A DNA stretch of 64,000 nucleotides. Source: an uncultured Phycisphaeraceae bacterium (GTDB lineage Bacteria; Planctomycetota; Phycisphaerae; UBA1845). The stretch covers positions 4,508 to 68,507 of the forward strand of contig CAZMVD010000006.1 of NCBI GenBank assembly GCA_964569425.1. The letters run 5' to 3'. Position numbers and translations under genes: made by a program. Under the pieces are notes generated by a model, which ran no database searches, was not told the DNA's origin, and worked only from the letters and a program-made list of their open reading frames with translations. Positions 1 through 9,500 of this stretch are shown here, piece after piece (position 1 is the stretch's first letter; each line of letters begins with the position of its first letter).

Positions 1-1072
1 ATTCGCGATAAAGCACCCGCCGCCAGTCGTGCACATGAAGCTGCCCCACGGCCAGCGCCCGAATGATCAGCGAGGTGGCCTGCGAACCGCTGTTGCCCCC
101 GCTGCTGATGATCAGCGGCAGAAACAGCACCAGCACCACGGCACTGGCGATTTCATTCTCGTAGTACCCCATCGCCGTGGCGGTGAACATCTGCCCCACA
201 AAAAGCACCGCGAGCCAGATGACCCGTTTGCGCACCATGGTGAACAGCCCCACGTCGAGATAGGGCGCCTCCAACGCCTGCACGGCGGCCATCTTCTGGA
301 TATCCTCCGTGGCCTCCTCTTCGGCGACGTCCATCACGTCGTCCACCGTAACCATGCCCACCAGCACCCCGGCCGTGTCGACCACCGGCAGCGCCACCCG
401 GTCCAGCCGCTTGAACGCGCGGACCGCCTCTTCCTGGTCCTGGTCGGCGCGCAGGGCGAAGAACTGGCGGTCCATTTTGTCTGCCAGCACGGCCGTCGGA
501 TCGGCCAGCACCAGCTCGCGCAGGCGAATGTCGTCGACCAGCCGGCCGCGCTCGTCGATGACGTAGATAACGTTGAGCGTCTCCTTGTCGTGCCCCACCC
601 GCCGGATGTGCTCCATCACCTGGCCGACGGTCCAATCGGCATAGACCGCGACGTAGTCGGGCGTCATCCGCCGGCCGATGGACTCCGACGGATACCCGAG
701 CAGTTGCGTCGCAATGCGGCGCTCGCCGGGGGTCAGCAGACTCAGCAGTCGCTTGGTCGCTTCGGCGGGCAGCTCCTCGAGCAGCGCCGTGCGGTCGTCG
801 GGGTCCATGGCGTTGACCACCGCGGCGACGTGTTCGGTGCCCAGGCTCTTGAGCAGCGCCTCTTGCGACTCGAAGGGAAGGTATTCGAAAATGTCCGCGG
901 CGAACTCGCGCGGCAGCACGCGGAAGACCACCGCTACGTCCTCAGGCGACATGTCCGTGAAAATCTCCGCCACCGTCACCGGCGTGAGCCGGCGCAGCGA
1001 GGAGCGCAGCGCGGTGAAGTTGCGCTGTTGAATCATCTCTACAATATCGGGGCCGACCAGTTTGCCGAGCAT
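1..1072 (-). CDS. mgtE: Magnesium transporter MgtE (3' end runs off the left window edge)
   Basis: Absent from the ORF track because it has no stop codon in the window. My reverse-complement translation from the ATG (complement of 1070-1072) reads MLGKLVGPDIVEMIQQRNF...LTPGERRIATQLLGYPSESIGRRMTPDYV...GMVTVDDVMDVAEEEATEDIQKMAAV...VLVLFLPLIISSGGNSGSQATSLIIRALAVGQL. This is the MgtE N-domain, CBS pair and TM domain, including the GNxGxQ motif. Confidence 0.9.
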   Translation of the reverse strand, partial: MLGKLVGPDIVEMIQQRNFTALRSSLRRLTPVTVAEIFTDMSPEDVAVVFRVLPREFAADIFEYLPFESQEALLKSLGTEHVAAVVNAMDPDDRTALLEELPAEATKRLLSLLTPGERRIATQLLGYPSESIGRRMTPDYVAVYADWTVGQVMEHIRRVGHDKETLNVIYVIDERGRLVDDIRLRELVLADPTAVLADKMDRQFFALRADQDQEEAVRAFKRLDRVALPVVDTAGVLVGMVTVDDVMDVAEEEATEDIQKMAAVQALEAPYLDVGLFTMVRKRVIWLAVLFVGQMFTATAMGYYENEIASAVVLVLFLPLIISSGGNSGSQATSLIIRALAVGQLHVHDWRRVLYRE

Positions 1073-1170
1073 GGTGCCGAATCCATTCGCGTGGCGTGGA
1101 GAATACCGCAGATGTGACTGGAACCAAAGCAGCACAGGTGAGGCTCAGCCCGCTGTGCGCCGCCCAACCC

Positions 1171-2028
1171 TCAATCAAACACGATCGTCTTGTTCTGGCT
1201 GACCAGAATCTTATCCTCGACGTGGTAGCGCACCGCCGTCGCCAGCACTACCCGTTCCAGGTCGCGCCCCTTGCGGATCATGTCCTCCACGCTGTCGCGA
1301 TGGCCGACCGGCAGCGTGGACTGCGCGATGATCGGCCCCTGGTCCAGCTCGTCGGTCACGTAGTGGCTGGTGGCGCCGATGATCTTGACCCCGCGGTCGT
1401 ACGCTTGCTGATACGGCCGCGGACCCGCAAACGCAGGCAGGAAGCTGTGATGAATGTTGATGATCCGTTCCGGGTACGCCGCCACGAACGCCGGCGACAG
1501 CACCTGCATGTAACGGGCGAGCACCACAAAATCCACGCGTGCCGCACGCAGCAGGTCCAGCAGTCCCGCCTCCTGTGCGGCCTTGTTCTCCGCCGAGACG
1601 GGCACATGGTGAAACGCCACGCCGCAAGTCTCCACCGCCGCGCGATGCCCGTCGTGATTGCCCGCCACAAACACCAGCTCCACCGGCAACTCGCCCGTCT
1701 TCCAGCGCCACAGCAGGTCATTCAGGCAGTGGCTCTCGCGGCTGACCAGCACCGCCATGCGTTTGATTTCGTTGCCCCAGTAGACCCGCCAGCGCATCTG
1801 GAAGCGGTTCGCGACCGCCGACCACGCCTCGTGGAAGTTCTCGCGATGCAGGCGGAAGCCGTCGAGTTCCACCTCCACGCGCATGAAGAACTCGCCGTGC
1901 TGTGGATCGGTGTGCTGGTCGGCCTCGAGGATGTTGCCGCTGTGCTCCGCGATAAACCCCGCCACCGCGGCGATAATCCCGCGGCTATCCGGGCAAAAAA
2001 TGAGCAAACGTGCGGTTTGTGGAGTCAT
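1171..2028 (-). CDS. purU: Formyltetrahydrofolate deformylase
   Basis: ACT-like N-terminus (LLIFCPDSRGIIAAVAGFIAEHSGNILEADQH) plus formyltransferase core (NIHHSFLPAFAGPRPYQQAYDRGVKIIGATSHYVTDELDQGPII). I moved the start to the ATG at 2028 (MTPQTARLL) because the 28 upstream codons of the track ORF only translate the heptamer repeat. Confidence 0.9.
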   Translation of the reverse strand: MTPQTARLLIFCPDSRGIIAAVAGFIAEHSGNILEADQHTDPQHGEFFMRVEVELDGFRLHRENFHEAWSAVANRFQMRWRVYWGNEIKRMAVLVSRESHCLNDLLWRWKTGELPVELVFVAGNHDGHRAAVETCGVAFHHVPVSAENKAAQEAGLLDLLRAARVDFVVLARYMQVLSPAFVAAYPERIINIHHSFLPAFAGPRPYQQAYDRGVKIIGATSHYVTDELDQGPIIAQSTLPVGHRDSVEDMIRKGRDLERVVLATAVRYHVEDKILVSQNKTIVFD

Positions 2029-2042
2029 GATGCCTCTAGAAA

Positions 2043-2077
2043 TCCGAAACGCCGAAACGCCGAAAACCAAAACGCGG
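2043..2077. repeat. Heptamer/octamer tandem repeat, B family, GAAACGCC orientation (left arm)
   Basis: tccgaaacgccgaaacgccgaaaaccaaaacgcgg. It is the reverse complement of the TTTCGGC(G) array at 2215-2274. Confidence 0.85.
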
Positions 2078-2214
2078 AGAGCCGGATGAGCGAATACGCC
2101 GGAAGGCGGCACATAAAGACGTCAATGAATTGTCCCAAGGCCGTGTTCCCGACGAGTACGCCGACAATATTTCTAACGATTCCTGGTACTACTGCGCTGT
2201 AACAGCTTCAACGC

Positions 2215-2274
2215 TTTTTTCGGCGTTTCGGCTTTCGGCGTTTCGGCTTTCGGCTTTCGGCGTTTCCGAGTTTC
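2215..2274. repeat. Heptamer/octamer tandem repeat, B family, TTTCGGC(G) orientation (right arm)
   Basis: ttttttcggcgtttcggctttcggcgtttcggctttcggctttcggcgtttccgagtttc. About 7 units, inverted relative to 2043-2077. Confidence 0.9.
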
Positions 2275-3126
2275 TCACAGCGGTTCGATGCGCAGGCGCA
2301 GCACGCCGTCAGTAGCGGCGACGCCCGCGATCCTATACGGGCGACGACCGTTGGGCCAGACGAACCGGTTGCGCAGACTCACCCCGCGAAAGGCATCATC
2401 CAGGGTTTGCACGGCGCGCACCGCATCCTGCCACGACGATGAAGCGCCCCCCGTGCCGTCGGTCATCGACGTTCTCGCCCATTCCACGCCCCCCAGCATT
2501 CGCTCAACCGCCGCGCGGGGCAACCGCAGCGAACCGCCGCGTACATCCACCAGCCGCACGCGAATCTCATCGCCGTTGGCTATGACCTCGACCACCACGC
2601 CCAGATTCGCAATTACCTTCCAGCCGTTTCGCTCCAGGTGCGCGCCGACCCGTATGGCCCCCTCCTCAAACCCCACCGCAAAGTCGCAGAGTTCCGGCGG
2701 CAGCTCCGCCTGAAGCTCGGGCCACAATACCGGCAACGCCGCCAGCCACTCCGTCACCGAGCGCGCCCTGATCGAAAGGTCAAAGGACCGACCGTCCACC
2801 AGGTGATCGCTGATGTAATCGAACACCGCGGCGGAGTCGGCCTGCGCGCGGCGCGTCGTCGCCGCCGAAGGCGCAACCGGTCGATACCAGCCCGGTTTGT
2901 GTTGAAACGTAAACCACCCTATGGTGGCCGCCAGCAGCGCGCCGCCTGCCAGGCCCAGCGCAACCCGCCGAACCCATCGGCGTTTGAACTGATCACTTGC
3001 ATGGCGGAGCAGGGCTGCCCAATCCGACCTATCCGGCGCCAACCCATATCCGACCCGGCTGCGGGCGGACGCACGATGCTTTCCCATGCCGCATATTCCC
3101 TTTGACGAGGCCGCGGTGACTCGCAC
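2275..3126 (-). CDS. Hypothetical membrane-anchored protein (single N-terminal TM)
   Basis: 283-aa ORF with a TM segment VALGLAGGALLAATIGWFTF. No motif recognised. An alternative start MGKHRAS lies at 3087. Confidence 0.55.
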   Translation of the reverse strand: MRVTAASSKGICGMGKHRASARSRVGYGLAPDRSDWAALLRHASDQFKRRWVRRVALGLAGGALLAATIGWFTFQHKPGWYRPVAPSAATTRRAQADSAAVFDYISDHLVDGRSFDLSIRARSVTEWLAALPVLWPELQAELPPELCDFAVGFEEGAIRVGAHLERNGWKVIANLGVVVEVIANGDEIRVRLVDVRGGSLRLPRAAVERMLGGVEWARTSMTDGTGGASSSWQDAVRAVQTLDDAFRGVSLRNRFVWPNGRRPYRIAGVAATDGVLRLRIEPL

Positions 3127-3230
3127 GCGCCGGGTTTGACGCTCCGCGCGACGCTACCCTAGAATCAACCGCTCGTCCATGAGCAGGCGACCGGCGACGC
3201 ACCGGCGACGCGCCCGAAGGGGGAAATCAG

Positions 3231-4064
3231 GTGTTCACGCGCACAACCGGCTGGCTGATCATACCCCTTTGGATCGCTGCCATGGCCTGGCTGATCGCCC
3301 ACGACGTCTGGCCGGCGCTCTCCGCCGTCGATCCGCCCACCATGACTTCGGTCGAGTGGCTCGAACGCGACGGGCTCAAGACCCAATACACCGTGATGGA
3401 CGATGCCCATCTCCGGCTGGGAACGATCTGGACGACCTACCTGGTGGACAAGGCGGCCGTACGCCGCGAGGACATCATCGCCATCGACGACTTCCCGCTG
3501 AACATCGGCCCGTTACGAATGATGATTGATTCCGTTTTCACCGCGGATGGCGACCTGGACGAGTTCTCCGTGGAACTCGATAGTCCGGCAGGCGAAGTCA
3601 TGCTCCACGGCGAGCGGTTTCACGCCGATTTCTCCTTTTCGCTCCGCATCGGGCGGGAGGAGCGGCTGTTCAAGGTGCCGCTGACCGATGGGAAACTCAT
3701 TTCCGGCTCCTTCCACTCGTTCGGACAACTGGGCGAGTTGCGCGTGGGCCAGCGCTGGCGCATGCAGGTGTTCAATCCGGTGGCCGCCCTGACCGGACTC
3801 GGCGAACGCTTCACCTCTGTGGTCGTGGAAGTCACGGGCGAGGAGCGCATCGAGTTGCCCGAAGGAAGCGTCAATTGCCTGACCGTGGAAGCGCCGGGCG
3901 CTCGCGCCTGGGTGGACGCGCAGGGCAACGTTCGCTTGCAGGAAGTCAGTGTGCCGTTGGTCGGCAAACTGCGCATCCGCCGCGAATCGACCTTTGACGA
4001 AGACGCCCGCTGGGAGATCGCACGCGGCCGTCGCGGCGCCCGCCGACCCGGGAGCCGATCATGA
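3231..4064 (+). CDS. Hypothetical membrane-anchored protein, first gene of an ABC-transporter operon
   Basis: N-terminal TM (GWLIIPLWIAAMAWLIAHDVW). Its stop overlaps the ATG of the downstream ABC ATPase (4061-4064). Non-ATG (GTG) start. Confidence 0.6.
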   Translation: MFTRTTGWLIIPLWIAAMAWLIAHDVWPALSAVDPPTMTSVEWLERDGLKTQYTVMDDAHLRLGTIWTTYLVDKAAVRREDIIAIDDFPLNIGPLRMMIDSVFTADGDLDEFSVELDSPAGEVMLHGERFHADFSFSLRIGREERLFKVPLTDGKLISGSFHSFGQLGELRVGQRWRMQVFNPVAALTGLGERFTSVVVEVTGEERIELPEGSVNCLTVEAPGARAWVDAQGNVRLQEVSVPLVGKLRIRRESTFDEDARWEIARGRRGARRPGSRS

Positions 4065-4813
4065 GCGACCTCATGCCCGACCCCGCCATTCTGATCACCG
4101 GCGTCCGCAAGACCTATGGAAAAAAGGTCGCGGTGCGCTCGCTGACGGTGTCGGTGCCGCGCGGGGAGCTGTTCGCCTTCCTCGGACCCAACGGCGCCGG
4201 TAAGACCACGACCATCAAGATGATCGTCGGACTCCTTCAGCCGGACGAGGGATCGGTGACCGTCTGCGGTCACCGGATCGGCGTCAACGGTCTGGCGGCC
4301 AAGGCGCAGATTGCCTACGTACCCGACATGCCCTTCCTGTACGAGAAACTCACCGGACGTGAATTCCTGTACTTCGTCGCGGAAATGTACGGACTGTCGG
4401 TGGAACACCGCGAGCGTGCCCTGGCTCCTTTGATGGCCGCCCTGGACATCGGCGAATTCCTCGACCAGCTCACCGAAAGCTACAGTCACGGCATGAAACA
4501 ACGCGTGGTGTTGGCCGCCGCGCTGCTCCACGAACCGGCCGTGCTGGTCATCGACGAACCGATGGTCGGCCTCGACCCGCGCACCATCCGCTCGGTCAAG
4601 AACCTCTTTGTTCAACACGTTCGCAAGGGCGGCACTGTTTTCATGAGCACCCACACCCTGGACATCGCCGAAGCCGTCGCCGACCGAATTGCCATCATCA
4701 ACCGCGGCGAACTCATCGCCATGGGCACGCTCGACGAACTCCGCGCCCTGGCACGCCGCGAGCATTCGCTCGAGGAAATCTTCCTGCAATTGACGGAACC
4801 CGCCGATGCCTGA
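4061..4813 (+). CDS. ABC transporter ATP-binding protein
   Basis: Walker A GPNGAGKTT, signature-like YSHGMKQRV, Walker B VLVIDEPMVGLD, H-loop FMSTHTL. Confidence 0.92.
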   Translation: MSDLMPDPAILITGVRKTYGKKVAVRSLTVSVPRGELFAFLGPNGAGKTTTIKMIVGLLQPDEGSVTVCGHRIGVNGLAAKAQIAYVPDMPFLYEKLTGREFLYFVAEMYGLSVEHRERALAPLMAALDIGEFLDQLTESYSHGMKQRVVLAAALLHEPAVLVIDEPMVGLDPRTIRSVKNLFVQHVRKGGTVFMSTHTLDIAEAVADRIAIINRGELIAMGTLDELRALARREHSLEEIFLQLTEPADA

Positions 4814-6503
4814 ACCGCCCGTGATGCAGACCGGCGGCCGCACGATGCTCGGCCTGCTCTTTCGCATCAAGGCCCGCACGGTAGGTAATCGTATCGCGCA
4901 GGCGGTCGAAACGGCGCCCCTGCGGATCACCGCGGCCGTGGTGCTCATTTCGATGATCTGGGTCGGATTGTACTGGATGTTTCATCTGGTCTTCGACCAG
5001 CTCAAGCGTTCGCCGCTCGAATCCACCGTGGCCATTCCCCTGGTCTTCAACTTCTTTTTCGTCGCCATGCTCGTGCTGCTGACTTTTTCCAACGCGATTA
5101 TCGCGTATGGCGCGCTGTTCGGAAAAGACGAGTCTTCCTACCTGCTGGCCGCACCGCTGACTGCGCTCGACGTCGTCACCCTCAAGTACACCGAGAGTCT
5201 GTTTATGGCCAGTTGGGCGCTCGTACTGCTCGGCTTCCCTCTGATGATGTCCATGGCCGAGCTGGCCGACGATCGCCTGTTCTATTTTCTTTTTCTCGCC
5301 TTTTTCATAGCCTTCATTCCCATTCCCGGCGCTCTGGGGATGCTGCTCGCCTGGGCGGCCGCGCGGTTTTTCCCGCAGCGGCTGCTCCGCGCGCTGGCGG
5401 TCGTCGCGGGGATCATTATCGCCGCCTTGATACTCGCGGGCCTGCGCTCGCTGCACCTGGGCGAAACCGCCGCCGAGCAATGGCTCAAATCGTTTCACGC
5501 GCGCATGGGTTTCGTGCAATCCGCTTTCCTGCCCAACAACTGGGTCGCCGCCGGAATCGACTGCGCCATGAATCATCGGCTCGCAGAATCCGCGCTCTAT
5601 CTGGGCGTCACCGTCGCCAACGCGCTGTTTCTCAGTTGGCTGACGGTGACGCTGGTCTCCCGGTATTTCGCCGCCGCGCTCGATCGCGCCTCCACCGGCA
5701 AGGCCACCGGCCGCCGTCCGGCGTCGGAAGCGTCCGGTGGATTCTCCGGCTCCGTTTTCTTCTACCTGCCGCGGCCGCTGCGGCTGATTGCGGCCAAGGA
5801 CCTCCGCACGTTTCTGCGCGATCCGCTGCAATGGAGCCAACTGGCGATTCTCTTCGGTCTGCTCGCCTTGTATTTGTCGAACATGCCCACGTTGCGCTTG
5901 CAGCTTTCCGGGTTGCGCTGGTACCTCATCATTCCCTACCTCAACCTGTGCGCCGTCAGCCTGATCCTGGCGACCTTCACCTGCCGTTTCGTGTTCCCGC
6001 TGATGTCCCTGGAGGGCGGCAAGCTGTGGCTCATCGGACTGTTGCCCTTGCCGCGCGGAGACGTGCTTTATGCCAAGTTTGCCTTCGCCATGACCGTGAC
6101 GCTGCTCGTCGCCCTGGCGACCATGATCCTGGCGATCGTGATTCTGCAGCTTTCCCTGGTGTGGTCGGTCATCCATCTGAGCGTGATTGTCGCGGTGTGC
6201 TTCGGGCTCTGCAGTTTCTCGGTGGGGTTGGGCGCCCGCCTGCCGCTCTTTGGCGAGACCAACGCGGCGCGGATCGCCAACGGTTTGGGTGGAACCACCA
6301 ACCTGCTCGCATCGGTGGCGTTGGTGGCGGCCGTACTGACCGCGGTGGGCATCGCCACCTGGCGATCGCGCTTTTTGCCCGAGGACCAGCTCCCCGACCG
6401 CGGAGCGCTCCTGCTGTGCGCCGCGGCGATCGTCGGCAGCCTTGCCGCCGGGGTGATCGCCCTGTCGCTGGGCCGACGGCATTTCGAGCGCGTCGAGGTG
6501 TAA
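4806..6503 (+). CDS. Polytopic membrane protein, putative ABC exporter permease
   Basis: 565 aa with about 10 or more hydrophobic segments. Its start overlaps the ATPase gene by 8 nt, so it is operonic. Confidence 0.75.
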   Translation: MPEPPVMQTGGRTMLGLLFRIKARTVGNRIAQAVETAPLRITAAVVLISMIWVGLYWMFHLVFDQLKRSPLESTVAIPLVFNFFFVAMLVLLTFSNAIIAYGALFGKDESSYLLAAPLTALDVVTLKYTESLFMASWALVLLGFPLMMSMAELADDRLFYFLFLAFFIAFIPIPGALGMLLAWAAARFFPQRLLRALAVVAGIIIAALILAGLRSLHLGETAAEQWLKSFHARMGFVQSAFLPNNWVAAGIDCAMNHRLAESALYLGVTVANALFLSWLTVTLVSRYFAAALDRASTGKATGRRPASEASGGFSGSVFFYLPRPLRLIAAKDLRTFLRDPLQWSQLAILFGLLALYLSNMPTLRLQLSGLRWYLIIPYLNLCAVSLILATFTCRFVFPLMSLEGGKLWLIGLLPLPRGDVLYAKFAFAMTVTLLVALATMILAIVILQLSLVWSVIHLSVIVAVCFGLCSFSVGLGARLPLFGETNAARIANGLGGTTNLLASVALVAAVLTAVGIATWRSRFLPEDQLPDRGALLLCAAAIVGSLAAGVIALSLGRRHFERVEV

Positions 6504-6583
6504 CCTCGCCCGAATTCAATCCGTCCCAATCGAAGCGTCCAATGATGCCGTTGCCGGCGGAGGTCGCACAGGCGGAGCGCCGA

Positions 6584-9500
6584 CTATTCCCGCGTCCAGG
6601 TGTGAATGGTGCCGCCGTCCTGGATAAGCAATGCGTCGTCAGCGATGCGCACGGCGCGCAGGTCGGACAGGCGCCCGAGGTCGATGCGCCCGCCGGGCAC
6701 CGCGATGCGTCCGCTGCCCTCGCGGTGCGTGTAAAGATACGCCTGCGCCGGCTCGTCGCCTTCGTCGGGCACGTGCAACGCCACCACATAGGCGTCGGTG
6801 AGCAGCCGGCGCGTGAAATTCGCGTCCTCCGGTGTGATCGCGTGCCAAAGCGTGGCACCACTCGTTTCCGCGAACGCGGCCACCGCCCCGGTGTGGCTCG
6901 CGATCACGCTCTCCCGCTCGCGCTGGATGGTCAGGCCCTCGCCCGGTGTGCCCAGCGGCTCCGAACGCCACAGTGTGCGCCCGTCCTCCAAGCTGATCTT
7001 GCGCACGCTGCGCCCGTCCTCCGAAAAATAGAGTGCGTCGATATCCGGCAGCAACGACGACATGCGCAATGGCGCCTCCAGCGCCACCCGCCAGCGCCGC
7101 GTTCCGCCCTCCAGATCGTACGCCGCGATGGACTGCGCCGTAACTGTAACCACCTGACCGTCCACCGCCACAAAGAACTCCTCCAGCGTTCGCGGTTCCT
7201 CCAGCGGCAGCGCGCCCAGCCACTCGCCGGTGGCGATATCCAGGTAGCACAGCATCGGCCGGCCGTCCTGAATCACGTGAAACACCACCCACGGGTCGGC
7301 CACGATCACACGCCCCGCGGGCAACGGACGCTGCGCCCGGGTCCAGCGAACCTCCCCGGTGTCCAGGGAAAGGGCCGACATGTCTCCCGTATCGCGCACG
7401 CTGACCAGCGTGTCGTCCTGCCACGCATGGGTACGAAACGCGCCGCCGTTCTCCCAGTCGCCCTCCGGGTCGCCCAGCCCTCGAGGATAGCCGCCGTGCG
7501 TCCAGAGGCGCGCCCCGGCACGCACGTCCACCGCGAACAGTTCATGCGACGTGGTGAACACCGCACGCCGCGGGGTGGCCAGCAGCAACTCGGCCGCGGC
7601 GCGCACCGCCAGCGGTTCAGCCCAGAGTTCGACGTTGGTTCGCGCCGCCAAAGCACGCAATCCGTCGGGCGTATAAACGTATACGCGCGAGCCGTCGCTG
7701 CGCGGCGCCTCGGCGAACCAGGGCTCCAGCAGTTGCGAGCCCTCGACATAGGGCTGGCTCAGGCGGGTGGAAAGCGGCGGTTCGAGCCGGGGCCGCTGCG
7801 GTTCAACCTCGCCGCGCAGGTCGGCCAGCTCATCACGGTACTCGCGAAAAGTGAGTCGGCGCCCGTTCACGTCGATGCGCAGCGTGCTGAACTCTCGCGC
7901 CGCGCGGGTGAGCCAGCGGTAGGCCGGCACACCGCGCCCCGCCTGGGCATAGGCTTCGGCGATGCGGCGCATGAGTTCGGCGCGCTGCCCGGCGTCGGTG
8001 GTCCGCTGGTAGGCACGGGCCAACTGCCGCGCCGCTTCCTCAAAACGCCCTGCCGCGACCAGCACTTCGCCCTGCGCGCCAAGTGCCTTCGTGGCGGCGC
8101 TGCTGTTGGGAAATGCCTCGACGACCCGCGCCAGCCCTGCCGGATCGCGCGCCGCCCAGGCCGCATCGAGCCAGCGCTGCGCTTCCACCTCGTACGGTAC
8201 ATAAATCACCGAGCCGTGCTGTTCCAGCAGTTTCGTCACCCGTTGTTGCGCCACGACGCCCGCCCCCGGACCGGCGACGTCGCCCCCGGTCCCCATGTCG
8301 CGTAACGTGCGATCACGGAGAATCTGCTGGTACAGCCGCAGGGCGTCCTCGGGCAGCGAATAGCGCTCGAACAGTTCGCCGAACCGGAGGCGATAACGCA
8401 GGTGGGCCGCGGCGTCCGGCGGACACCGCGCCGCATAATCGTGCAGTCGCGACAGATCCGCCGGACGCAGCGCCGAACGCGCCGCCATCGTTTCGGCAAA
8501 GAGCAGTACATCATCGAAAAAACGCCGCTTGAGCGAAACCTCGACCGTCTCCAGGAGCCCGCCCGCACGGGCGAAGGCATCGTCCAGTTGTTCGAGTGCC
8601 ATCGCATCGTCACCACCGCGCAACGCCACCTCGGCGAACTCCAGCGCAGGCACCGGGTCGTGCGGCGCGGCCGCAAGCCGGGCGCGCAACGACGCCCACA
8701 ATTCCGTCTTGCGCACGAACACGGCCAATCCCCGGCCGCCCGCGACCACCAGTTGCTCCGGCAATGCAAGCAGGTTTCCGCCGTGCCCCTCGGCATCCCA
8801 GAGCAAGTCACGCCGCGTGCCATCGCGTTGCGCATACACGCTCAGCGCCGAGCGCGCCGGGATCAGCAGCCGATCGTCCGCCCACGCACCCCGCCCCCAA
8901 AGCCCCCCTTCCGGCAGCGGAGCGTCCCACGCCGGCGTCCCGGCAGCCAGATCCCAGCAGAACACTCGCTCGCCCGCGCCGCAAAGCAGTCCGTCGCGTA
9001 CGCCCAGAATGGTTGTCACACCGTACAGGTCCGAGGCTTCGAGGACCTGAGTCAGCGCGCCGTCCTCCGGCTCGATGATGAACACTTGCGCGGCATCAAG
9101 CGGCCGAACCACCAGACGGCCGTTCCAGACATAAACGGGATTGTGCGCCCACGAAGGGACACTGCGCATGGACCACGCGCTGGAAGTCGCCTCGGTGGCG
9201 TCGCGCGGGTAGACACGCAGCCAGCGCACCGCGCCGGTGGCGGCGGTCACCGCCGCCACGGTGCCCAGGTTGGTCGCGACGAAGAGCGAATCGCCATGCA
9301 GCGCCGCCAGCGCAATGGTCGGCCGGCGATTGCCGAACGAACCGGTCGAAGCGCTGCCCACGTGCGTGCGAAAGTCGATTGTGCCCGTCGTCGCGTTCAC
9401 CCGATACACGTACGCATCCTCGAACCCGAAGGTGCGCCGGCGACGCGCGATCGCCCAGAGTGCGTTGCGCTCCACGATCGGAGAAGGATCAAAGTGCACT

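Noticed and set aside
29-1117. 362-aa plus-strand ORF, the longest track ORF at the left edge
   Set aside because: It is the antisense shadow of mgtE. Its translation is H/R/G/P/V-rich with no motif, while the opposite strand gives a textbook MgtE sequence.
1073-1170. Mg2+ (M-box) riboswitch upstream of mgtE
   Set aside because: Only 98 nt separate the purU stop from the mgtE start, and I saw none of the extended multi-helix structure. mgtE is more likely co-transcribed with purU.
3620-6482. Minus-strand ORFs 3620-4948 (442 aa) and 4713-6482 (589 aa)
   Set aside because: They are antisense to the ABC ATPase and permease genes, which have clear Walker motifs and TM patterns. No motifs of their own and extreme R/G/Q/E composition.
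5213-8305. 1030-aa plus-strand ORF
   Set aside because: It runs out of frame through the ABC permease gene and antisense through the PQQ-repeat gene. Its composition is Arg/Ala/Pro/Gly-dominated low complexity, typical of high-GC shadow ORFs.
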